A stretch of DNA of 62,568 bases, filler included, from Rhabdomonas costata (taxonomy: Eukaryota), in NCBI GenBank assembly GCA_019059605.1. It is 35 parts of 35 records of this genome, joined end to end, with 100 filler letters (N's around TTAATTAATTAA, not from the genome) between each part and the next. Parts side by side here need not be neighbours in the genome. Positions count along the whole stretch, not along the records: positions 25,077 to 26,767 come from JAHMHO010010605.1; positions 26,868 to 28,559 come from JAHMHO010010606.1; positions 28,660 to 30,350 come from JAHMHO010010607.1; positions 30,451 to 32,141 come from JAHMHO010010608.1; positions 32,242 to 33,931 come from JAHMHO010010609.1; positions 34,032 to 35,721 come from JAHMHO010010610.1; 29 more parts are not named here. The stretch is one strand, 5' to 3'. Made by a program: the position numbers and the translations under genes. Shown piece after piece: positions 25,107 through 35,821 of this stretch (its first letter is position 1; each line of letters opens with the position of its first letter). The notes beneath the pieces are model-generated. The model had not been told where the DNA came from, ran no database searches, and was given only the letters and a program-made list of their open reading frames with translations.

Positions 25107-26727
25107 GTTCTTGATCTTGCCCTCGTACGGGTAGATCTCCAGAACGTCTCCTGTGGAGATCTTGCCCACATCGGCCTCAAACACGAGCGCCCCGGCGTCT
25201 TCCATGGTGTTGAAGAAGATCGGGGCCACCTTGCTACCGAAGCAGACCTGTAAACAAACCCAGAGTGGACCCTCCCCTCTTTCATCACCGTAGGCAGAAG
25301 GGGGGGGGGGACGTGGCGGTTGGTACCCCCCTCCCCAATGGCCAAGAAAGTGATATACTGCCCTGAAGCCCTCGGGGGACAGGGGTGGAGGGACAGGTGA
25401 TGGGATGGTGGGACGCGGACAATGGGGCACGGGAAAGGAGGGAGGAGTGTGTACCCCTCCGGAGTTCTTGTTGGGCACCCCCGGGATGGCCTGGCCGATG
25501 TACCACAGCACGGAGTTCGTCGCGGACTTGCGCGAGGAGCCCGTGCCGACGACATCCCCGCAGAAGGCAACGGGGTGGCCGCTCTCTGGTTGGAAGATAA
25601 AAATCGGATGTTTACTTGCAATGGCAGGATGAATGAGAATGCCGCAGATGGTACACCAGCAGAGTCGTGGTGGCAAGAATCGGCAATGAGCCTGCAATTC
25701 GAAGTACATCAGGAGTGACTGCTGCCCGGAAAGGGATTCAGTTTGAGCTTTCGAATTCGAGTGCTTTTTGGAAGCGAGACGTCCGTTTGTTTGATTCCCG
25801 CCGTGTCAGATGAGAGCGCTAAATCAAAAACGAAGCACGGAAACAAAACAAAAATTGATGGCAACACCACAGCAACATACTTTTCAAGGTCGCGATCTGT
25901 TCCGCCACATTGGTCACACCCTCGCGGGCGATCTTGTACATCGCCTTGGCGTGGAGCGGGATGTCGGGGCGGGACCTGAGCGACAGGAAAGCCCCCCATT
26001 AAGAATGAATCACCCTCAGTCTTGCAGCGGTTGCGAATCGAGCGCCTCACAAGGTTTTCATGCACAGGGTCCCCCAAACCCACGCAAGAGCAATTTTTCC
26101 TGTGAGAACTGATCCGTACAAGGAGCAATAACGCGCAAACGCGCAGAACAGGATACTATTCAACTTAAACACTCACTATACAAACCATTTCGCAGCATAA
26201 GAACCAAAGCCAGTGTCCACGCGGCAGGCAAACGGCATACATATGCGCACTGAGGTTTAAACAAAAGACCGGAAAACAAAATGAAAACAAAGTCGGGGTG
26301 GGAAAAACATCGGTGCAAAATGGGAGAGATGGGATGGGATCTGCTTCTTCGGGGTCGGGGAAGCCGACGCAAATTCAATTCAGGCGACGGCGAAGCCTTA
26401 ACTTACGCACGAATTTCCACCAGGAAAAACTCCCAGCTTCACATAATGCAAGGATACTATCCTTTGTAACAAAATGAAAAACGACTACAATCTCGGGAGC
26501 ATCCGATACACACACCCAATACGCACTGCACCCCAACGGCACGCCCTTCCCCCATCACAGCCTACCAGGCGTCCGGAGCGGGGGAGAGGTCATCCGTGTT
26601 GGTCTCCCCGGGAACCTTGAACGCGGTAACGGTGATCTTTTCCGGGACCTTGGGCCGCGCCGTGAACCACTCCGCCTCAGCCCAGGACTTCACCACAGCC
26701 TGGGCATTGGCGTTCCCCTTCTTCGCC
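25107..26727 (-). CDS. acnB: Aconitate hydratase B (bacterial-type AcnB), four exons 26727-26566, 25975-25881, 25585-25455, 25247-~25107
   Basis: The spliced product AKKGNANAQAVVKSWAEAEWF...FKVPGETNTDDLSPAPDAW|SRPDIPLHA...|GDVVGTGSSRKSATNSVLW...PNK|..KVAPIFFNTMEDAGAL is the AcnB HEAT-like end plus swivel domain. All introns are GT-AG and in phase. Confidence 0.96.
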
Positions 26728-28659
26728 CTGCAAGTCCCCCCCCCCACACACGCCACCCCACACAACANNNNNNNNNNNNNNNNNNNNNNNNNNNNNNNNN
26801 NNNNNNNNNNNTTAATTAATTAANNNNNNNNNNNNNNNNNNNNNNNNNNNNNNNNNNNNNNNNNNNNTCGGCTGGGTAACCGGAGCTTTTTGTTGTCGGC
26901 CGGGGCCCCTCCCCCCGCCGACATTATGTCGCCGTCCCTGAAAAGGGACGTGGGCAACAAACACCCCCCTCCCCCAAATGCCTCGGGTCGCGAAAAAACG
27001 GGAGCGTCTAATCGTTTTCTTTGCATCCACATCCTCTTTTGAGGCTTTGGCTTTTCAAAATCTTGGTGTGGGTATTTGTCAAGAACCCATCAATAGTGAA
27101 ACCTGTGCAGAATCATCATCAGCTACAAAATCCAGAGCTATAATTGTTGGCTTTAAACTTTAAAATTCCTGAATAAAAAATCAACTTTGGGACTCTGATT
27201 TAAATTTCAGTAGAGTTGAATTTTTGCCGGCCTTGCGCTACAACGCGCGCCATTACGGAGTTCAGTAAACAGGCACTTCCTGATTTGTTGTGGTTCAGGA
27301 ACCAGGTGGTTGTCGAGTCAGGCATTTCCTCACTTCTTGTCGCCTTTGTCCTTTTTTTCCTTTCCTTTTTTCTCGTGGTGAGGTAAGTTTATCCGCGAAA
27401 AGAACGACCCAGGAGGCTGCGTTATTCGATGGTTAAGTCTGGTGGCTCCTGTTTTATTGCTTGTCTTATTTGGCCAGCAACAAGCGCCCACATCACTTGG
27501 GAGCTGGCGCCCACAGCGCACATGACATTTGGGTTTGGGGCAAAGAGCAATACGAACCTGCACGAGCACCAGCTCGCCAGACCCAGATCTCTCTCCCTTT
27601 TCTTTGGCCCTTCTCCCTGGGCGCCGCGCAAGGGTCCCAAAATGGCCACTGCGACAGTCGAATACCGCCGGACAATACGTAATAATACAACATTGCCGTT
27701 GATATAAGATAATGGAATACAGTTGTCCTGGACAGTGTCCATTCCGTTTGACTGTTGCTTTCTTTTCAACCAAGACTTTCCCTAAATAAGGCTCGATAAC
27801 CGATTCTTGCGTCTTTGTTGCTCAAATATCCGCGTATAAACGAATACCGATTTACGCGACTATGCTAGGGACCCTGCGTGCCCTTTCTTTGCCCAGGCAC
27901 TTTCTGTGGAGGTGTATTTAGACCGAATAAAATTGTTTGTGTGCTTTTTGAGTAAAACCCACTGTAAAATGTGGAGTGTTGTGGTTGAAGTTGCGACTGC
28001 GCGTGCGTGGCATGCCATTTTGTTTTGACAACAATCGATGAGGTGGCTTTTCGACAGGGGCACTCCCCACGTCACTGACCCTGCGTAGTTGGGCGTAGGA
28101 TGAAACCTAGCGCTGCTAGGCTATGGTGTAAACGAGGCCCACATGAGGTGAGGTGCATGGGGAACGGTGTTGTATGCCACTCAAGCCATGTGACTGAGCC
28201 CGATGTTGGTGCCTGGGGTGAGCTTGCGGGGTAACCACACGATTTGTCACGATGTGAGCCCCAGGGAGTCTGGCGTCCTATCACCGTCTCACACGAGGCC
28301 AAGGATGCTGATGGTGGCCATGGTAATACGCATGATGACCACCTTGGCTACCAGTGGCAATACCGCTACGCATACTCCTACCTCAGAGTGAGAGTGGTGA
28401 AGATGCACCGGATATGCCCACTGCTGATGTTGAGACCACCACCTGAGGGCTGAGTGACCCAGCGGCAACCACCACGAAATGTCCAAATACCAGATGCTAC
28501 TCCGGATGGTCCTCGTTGCGCTCGGCCCTACCCGGCTCCAAGATTCTGAACCCAACACCNNNNNNNNNNNNNNNNNNNNNNNNNNNNNNNNNNNNNNNNN
28601 NNNTTAATTAATTAANNNNNNNNNNNNNNNNNNNNNNNNNNNNNNNNNNNNNNNNNNNN

Positions 28660-29667
28660 GGGGTTTTGGATTTGTCAAGCGCTTTCGCAGTCCTGCGCAA
28701 ATCATCAAGCAAACTTCAGCTCAAACAAATCCGAAATCACAGGAATACACCTTCTCACGCGAGACCCACAGTTCGCAAGGTTCCCGCGCAGGCCCCTTCG
28801 AGAAAATCCTCGTGGCAGTTGGTGACCAGGTGGACTCCTTAGGTCCACTCCAGAGAAATGGGAAGGAGGAGGTTCCCCTTACATCTTCAAGTGTGAGGGT
28901 TTGCAGACAGCGTTAGAAGCTGACCCGACAGAGTTTCAACCAAGGAATGGGATAATCGAGCGGAAAGGGATTGCAGATGTGTGCGCGGGGGAAAACGTGC
29001 CATGTCAAAAACACCACTCCCTCGTGGTCCCGGAAGTAGGTGCAGTGGGACTCCGACTTCCCAGGGATCAAGGCGTAACCCAGGGTTTTGGTCTGGTTGT
29101 CCTTTCGCATTGACATCACATCGCTCCGAATCTAAAGGACAGGCGCTAACCAATGGAGAAACCAACGAACACGTGAGCAACAGGTGCTTCCACTGACCCA
29201 ATCCTACAGAAAGTTCTCTCAGACCTCGAAAACGATGTGATTTGTGCGTGACACGGACGGGTTTGGAGCCGTTTCGCCTCCCTTGCTCAAAATCTATATC
29301 CGGCCCGGAAATGTGCTCAGTGTGCTTTTTCTGCCGTGGTGGCCGTGGTGTTGGTCGCTCAGGGGCGTAGTCACTGACCTACTACCCTCACCCCCAGATA
29401 AAGCAGAAAGGCTGCCTGAGGCACCTTGCAGACCTTTCGCTCACCGACAAGCAGGAAACTTTGCGGAACACAACCGCTTTTAGGAGGGGGGGGGGAACAG
29501 CCTACAGCCAGCCTCCACGTCGTCATATCCCCCAACTCCATCCACCGACTCACCCACACAACCTCGTTGAGGTAGTCATCCGTGAAGCTGAACCCGACGT
29601 ACAGGATGGTCCGGCTAAGCATCAGACTCTTCAGGAAGTGTTGGTAGTTGGGCACCGTGTGCAGCAG
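28660..29667 (-). CDS. SIR2-like (SIR2_2 family) domain protein, exons 29667-29563, 29131-29001 and probably 28692-28660
   Basis: The spliced product is LLHTVPNYQHFLKSLMLSRTILYVGFSFTDDYLNE|IRSDVMSM...LGYALIPGKS...YFRDHEGVVFLTW. The pattern FL..L...T.L..GFSF.D.Y is the SIR2_2 C-terminal motif. Confidence 0.75.
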
Positions 29668-30776
29668 CTGGGGAAGCAAAAGCCGGGCGAGGAAAGGACG
29701 GGGATGACGATTGCATGCAGCAACACACACACTGATTTGCGGGGATGGATTGGATTTCGTGGAGTTGACCAGGGGGATGTTTTAATCTTATGGTCCAGCG
29801 TGTTCAACCGCCTCGCAGCTGACAGCGTGCGTGGCCCTGCACAGATTTCACGATTTCATTTCATGACATGACGGAAGCCCCGCAAGTGTTGACGCGGGTA
29901 ACACCTTCTGATGAGTTACTTAGCACGCAGTTCCCCCCAGCCCACCAATCCTTCTTCTCCAACGCGGTTTCTGTGCGGGCAGTCTGGCCCCCCTAAAGCT
30001 CGATGCTTCAATGTAGAATACGGTTCCGATTGAAGCGGGTCAGCATCAGCGTTTGAGCAGGATTAGGATGGCAGGCAGTCTGTGGTTCAGAATCCCATCT
30101 TCCCATCTTCCTTTCTAAATCAAAACGAAGTGAAGGAGGGAAAAATTTTATGCTTACCTTTCGTTATGTACGCAATTTCGGATTTCAATGTGATCTGTCC
30201 CGGATGGTGGCGCAAGAAAAGCTTTAGCACCCAAAACTGGTCGCCGCGGACAAAATAATAGTTACACATTACCAAAAAAAAAGGATAAGTCGGTATAAAA
30301 ACAGTACGGGGGAGGGGGTCAACCAAAACGAAACATAAACAGCGTTCGTTNNNNNNNNNNNNNNNNNNNNNNNNNNNNNNNNNNNNNNNNNNNNTTAATT
30401 AATTAANNNNNNNNNNNNNNNNNNNNNNNNNNNNNNNNNNNNNNNNNNNNACGCAGCCCCAAGACAACCTGGAAAGAGGCTTAGGGAACACGTGTATCTC
30501 CTCCTAACTCTCTGCACTCTCTGGAAACCAAAACAAAAGCACCAGGCTCAGCCCAAACAGGTTGGACCCATCGGAGGGGGGGGCCTAAATGCACTTGATA
30601 GCGGGGACAGCCATAATGCACTGGCGCCGCATGTGTCCACTACGCACGAACGTGGACAAACAGGCTAACAAGCAACGTAGCTCTGGGCAAGACAATTTTA
30701 TTACCCGCCCACCGGTCAACGCACCCTGGTTCTCCAGAGAGCCATAGCCCACGACATGAGTGGAACAGTATCTCAC

Positions 30777-31801
30777 CACTGTGGCAGCGCCCTCCCTCTG
30801 CCACTGCTCCAGCAGCGCCGTTGTAGAGCTCATCACTCGCTGGAACTGCGTCCACGACACGGAGTCCATCATGAACGACAGCACGTTCAGAAGGGAAGGC
30901 CCTGTCGAGGCCTGTGGCGGAGGTGGCACAGGCACCAAGTTGGGCACCACGTTGAGCGTCCAGTGCCGCTTAACGCCGCAGAACACCGCAATACCTGAGG
31001 AAAACAAAGTGAGCAGGGGGGATCACTTCCTCATTACATACCACATTACGAGGAATTATGCTGCAATTCGAGGGTGGTGGTTGCTTAAAGGCATCCCCCG
31101 CCTTCCCGCCAAAATATTCTGCTGGAGTTTAGGGATAATCTAATTAACACCAACCCCCCTCCCAAAATGAAGTCAAGTGCTGGCATCCAAAGAAGAAAAC
31201 TTTCCCCGGGGTCCTGGCTGCGATAATGGGAAAACAGTGGTTGAATGATATGGTGATTTTGTGAGCTGCAGGCAGCCACAAGCCAGTTGCCTGGCCCCGT
31301 TCGGCTGCATGGGGCACGAAGCGGCGCAAAAGGCACACGAAAGAGGGGGCACCACAACCGGCCGAGGGGTAAAGGTGACGAAAACCTGACCCAAAGGACC
31401 AGGCCTGCTTCGACTTAGCCCTCCTTACTGAGGCGCACGTCAGTCAAAGAAAAAATAAACCACATTTAAAGCACGGCCACGGGACCGAAGGTGTCAAGCC
31501 AGCGTTCAAAGTGACCACAACTTTCGCACATGACAGTTTATGAGGGCGGGCACCAACTAAAACTGCGCTACAGAACCAAACACAGGTGGACATATGATGA
31601 TACGAAACACGAAACGCGGCACGGGAGCGGGAAAGGGCATCATACAGGCCCACTGCGGGGGAAGCCGAGTCACTGCCCCCGGCCGGAGCACCTTACGCCC
31701 CCGAAGGCCCGCGGCGCAGGGCGCCCACATAACTCGGTCGCAACCCCCAGAGCTCACCCGAAGGCCCCACCAGCTCACTCTCCGCCGAGCAACGCCACCC
31801 A
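30777..31801 (-). CDS. DUF229-like protein (alkaline-phosphatase/sulfatase superfamily), exons 31801-31646 and 30994-30777
   Basis: LNVLSFMMDSVSWTQFQRVMSSTTALL matches the DUF229 motif NV....DS.S...F.R.MP.T...L. The GT-AG intron is in phase. Confidence 0.6.
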
Positions 31802-32679
31802 CTGCACTCAGAAAAAGAGAACTCTGGTCCCCAAGAGATGTCCGCACAGTGTACAGCGGAAACGGCAGTTCTCCCACAGCCCTTGAAACTGACGCGTCGG
31901 CACTCATTTGGTTGGTTTCCAAAGACATGACATAACTCAATTTAAAAAGGATCCTCTCCGCAATTAAGAACGGCAAAATGCTAATGCAACACCGCAACGT
32001 TCTGGCAGTCCTTGCCCAGGACTTCTTTTTTATCCTGAGACACATTCCTCCACCCGAACAATTTTTTTTACACCATGGCCTTCCCTGGCTCGCCAATGAA
32101 GTCTCCACTAGGCCCCCTCAACAGGAGATTGACCTAAAACCNNNNNNNNNNNNNNNNNNNNNNNNNNNNNNNNNNNNNNNNNNNNTTAATTAATTAANNN
32201 NNNNNNNNNNNNNNNNNNNNNNNNNNNNNNNNNNNNNNNNNTGTTGGTGTTTCACGCCGTTCTGCAGTAGTCATGCTGTTGGATCAAGCGAATATTGCTT
32301 TCCCTATCTTAACTGCATTCTAGGCATATCGATGAAAAGAAATGCTTTGGGATGCATGATGTCGAAGGTGCAGTTCACCCCTGCTTTGAGAGATGCGGTG
32401 GTGGTGCTTGTGTGCGGGTGGGGTGGGGGGTGCTAACTGACAATTAAAGCACAAACGGTAGGAAAGGGGTGCAATGAGCTCTTTTTGTGCTATTCGTCGC
32501 GTATTGTCATCAACCGGCTTGACTCGTTGATCGTCTTGCCTCATTCATTTACGACTTCTTTGAAGGTTTTTGTTCTCTTAGTAACACTTATACCTGCGTT
32601 TTCCCACGTTGCTGCAAGTTCTTTTGGTTGCACTCATCACCAGTTATCTTGTTATATTTTTCTTTCTTCTATATAAGCG

Positions 32680-33860
32680 ATGGACCCAGGGATTGTTGTT
32701 GTCGTGATTCCTTCTGAAGGACAAGCTCCTCTACTCCCTTCTGGGACCTCGGCAATTTCCACTGTCCCAATGGCCGAAAGACTGACCCCCCAACAGCGAA
32801 AAACCTTGGTTGCTATTCTTATCTCCGTTGTGCTGTACAATTACTGTGCCGCCACTCCGGGTACCATTTTTCCCCTGCAGGCTCACGAGATGGGGATCTC
32901 GATATCCACGGTGGGTGCGATTGTTGCCACCCATCCCGTTGTGGTGGCCCTCAGCGCTCCGATTTGCGGGCTGCTTTGCACTCGGGTTGGCTACTTTCCG
33001 GTGCTATGCGGTGGGGTTGTGGCGCTTGTTGTGGGGATGGTATTCTTTGGCGCAGTGCCATGGCTGACGAAGGATGCCACTCATGCGACCTTGCTTTTCT
33101 TTGCTGCCCGCGTGACTCATGCTTCCGGTACCTCACTTGCGTTCACATCCACTGTTGCTGGCCTAACCCATAACTTCAAGGGCACCTTGGGGACCCGTAT
33201 GGGCCAATTCGGTGCCTGTCTTGGCATTGGATGGGCTATAGGCTCACCGTTGGCAGCCAGGCTGTTTTCCTTTGCGGGGTTCTTTCTTCCTTTTGGTGTG
33301 GCAGGGATGGTTGCTGCTCTGGTTTTAGCCTCGTTGACTGTCGCACGCCGTCTTCTGCACTGGAGTGTAGAGGAGGGGTCTGAACGCCATAGAACCGACA
33401 CTGACGCTGGTTCCATTCCCGAAGCGGCTTCAAAATGGGCTGCAATCAGGCCGCTAGTGGCGCTGGATGTTCTCTTTCCGGTTCTCGGTGTGATCTTTGC
33501 CAACTTGGGCTACGGTTGGATTGTTCCCTTCCTACCGTTATACTACAAACAGACGTTTGGGATCCCCGTGACCACTGTGGGCATTCTTTACAGTGCTGGT
33601 TCGATGGGCTACGCGGTCCTCAGCCCTTTCACAGGACGCCTGAGTGATCGTTACGGACCTCATCTCTTGGGCTGTGCAGGAGCCATTCTTGCAAGCATCT
33701 CCTACATTTCTTTGAGCTTTCAAAACCCGATTATATCTTGCATTGGATGTGTCTGCTTTCCTTTGAGCACATCTTTTATGATCCCTCCTGGGACTGCGGC
33801 CGTTATGAGAAGCGTCTCGGAACGGACGCCATCTGTTGTAGGTCTAGCTTCTGGGATCGT
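32680..33860 (+). CDS. Major facilitator superfamily transporter (DHA1/SLC18B1-like), intronless; 3' end lost to a fold-back chimera
   Basis: About 11 hydrophobic helices are present, with MFS motif A copies GLLCTRVG and GRLSDRYG and motif C-like GIGWAIGSPL. The ORF tail after ~33860 is an inverted copy of 33714-33785. Confidence 0.9.
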
Positions 33861-34304
33861 GAAAGATGTGCTCAAAGGAAAGCAGACACATCCAATGCAA
33901 GATATAATCGGGTTTTGAAAGCCCAAAAAACNNNNNNNNNNNNNNNNNNNNNNNNNNNNNNNNNNNNNNNNNNNNTTAATTAATTAANNNNNNNNNNNNN
34001 NNNNNNNNNNNNNNNNNNNNNNNNNNNNNNNCGGGAGGGAGGTTCGGGAGCCGGTAGAGCAGGAACCTTGATGGTAATCTCTCAAGCATCGTGGGAGAGA
34101 GATTTCCTTTCTGGGAGGCCACGTGGAAAGCAGCACAGGCTGCAGACTCTGACGGCCATGGGGAGCTGCGGGGAGCGGCGAGTGGGCGCACCTCCAACTT
34201 GTTCACCAAGAGCTTTCTCTTTATTTGCCATGCACGACGAACTCTATAGAAATATGGTTACTATCCGTTACACACCACCTGCTTCCCACACAAGCCCTTT
34301 CGTG

Positions 34305-35470
34305 TCACCCCTCCACAGAAGGAGGGTGTGCCCACTGGCATCGCCGGGCCTGGGGGTCGCACCCGGGCACCTCCTGCAGCACCACCCCCTCCCCCTCACT
34401 GCTGCCTTCCTGCTGCCCCACCGTGGCCACGCACACGCACTGCAGAGGCGGAAATCGGGAAGGAGCCACTCCCACGTCGTTGGCAGTGGGGAGGGAGGAC
34501 GGGGCCATTGGGGAGGCCGGTGGGGTCTGCAGGAGACGGGGCCACCCCACAGGGCTGCGTCCAGAGGGCTCAGGGCGCTCCTCACACCACACATCCTGGG
34601 AAAGAGAGGGTGTGGGTGTGTTGAATTCTACAGTGGCACAAGAAAAGAGCACTGAAACCTGGCAAACTTGGGGATGCATCGCCCGCCGGCCTAAGTACGT
34701 AAAAACATATGACAATGACGAAAAAAACAAAGATGTAAAAGGGGCCATGTGTGGAGGTATACGGAAACCGTAATTTGAGAGAATATGGCCTTCGGGAAGG
34801 GAAGAGACAGAATATGTTACCCAAGCCCAGCGGCATTAAGAAAACAGGCCAAAAAGACTTCACTCCGAAACGTTACAGACTAAGTTCTCGATTTTGGGAT
34901 GTAATTCTTATAATGCCTGAACGCGCACAGCATCGACTTCATGCGGGTAGTTTTGCTCGGCATGTCTATCGTGGTTGCTCGGGGTAAAAAAAGCGGTCTC
35001 CCTTTTGAGATGAAGTGCGCCAAATTCACTCAGGCGGAGTGGAGCCATCCGGAGGACGGGGGGGGGGATCGAGTCCCATGCGGGAAGCAAAAAGGAAAGC
35101 TGACGCAGACAAGTCTGGGAAGATCCTCGTGAGGCTCTGCCACAGCACTTCTGGGTGTTTTTTGGAGTACTGCCTTTTCGGGACTCTGCAGCCCCGTAAA
35201 CTGGTAACAATACTAAATTCTGAGTTATCTTCTTGGCTTTCTCTCATTCTCTCTTCTCACCGACGCATGCATGGGGGCGGGGCATACTGTGTGGGTCATC
35301 CCTGCGGCGGTATAGCTGTTGCACGGGGGGTACTTCCGCCGCAGAGCGTTCTGGTGCTCCAGCGCCTCAAGGGCCTGGCGGTGGAGGCGGAGGGCCTGGC
35401 CCAGCTCAGCGGTGGGGCTGCCCTGGGCGTCGTAGTACAGCCCCACCACCCGGCCCACCACAGAGTATAC
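34305..35470 (-). CDS. CYB5D2: Neuferricin-like membrane-associated progesterone receptor family protein, last two exons (35470-35288, 34595-34305)
   Basis: VYSVVGRVVGLYYDAQGSPT...KYPPCNS...|DVWC...VGWPRLL...CVCV...EVPGCDPQARRC reproduces the neuferricin C-terminal Cys pattern (VGR..G.FY..G.PT, PPCN, WC, PR, CVCV, GC). Confidence 0.85.
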
Positions 35471-35821
35471 CTGAAGCACACCCCACCTACATCTCGAAAC
35501 TCAGAATTTAGTTTGGTTACAAGTATACAGGGCTGCGGAGTCCTGGAAAAAAAGGCAGTGTCTCCCGAAGTGCTTTCACGGAGGTTTGTCCTTTTTTGCT
35601 TCCATGCATGGGCCCGAACCCCCCCCCCCCTTCCCCGTCTGGAACCCATTGCCTGAGTTGATGTGGTACCAACACCAACACCACTTTTGGGGTTGCGAAG
35701 AAGGGTGGAGACAAACAAACCNNNNNNNNNNNNNNNNNNNNNNNNNNNNNNNNNNNNNNNNNNNNTTAATTAATTAANNNNNNNNNNNNNNNNNNNNNNN
35801 NNNNNNNNNNNNNNNNNNNNN

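Noticed and set aside
31801..31820. TTTCTGAGTG on the minus strand resembling part of the euglenid spliced leader
   Set aside because: The match is only 10 nt and coincides with the intron acceptor of the DUF229-like exon. There is no SL RNA donor or Sm site.
33860..33931. C-terminus of the 412-aa MFS ORF and an apparent long palindrome
   Set aside because: It is an inverted copy of upstream sequence at the contig end, which makes it an amplification chimera.
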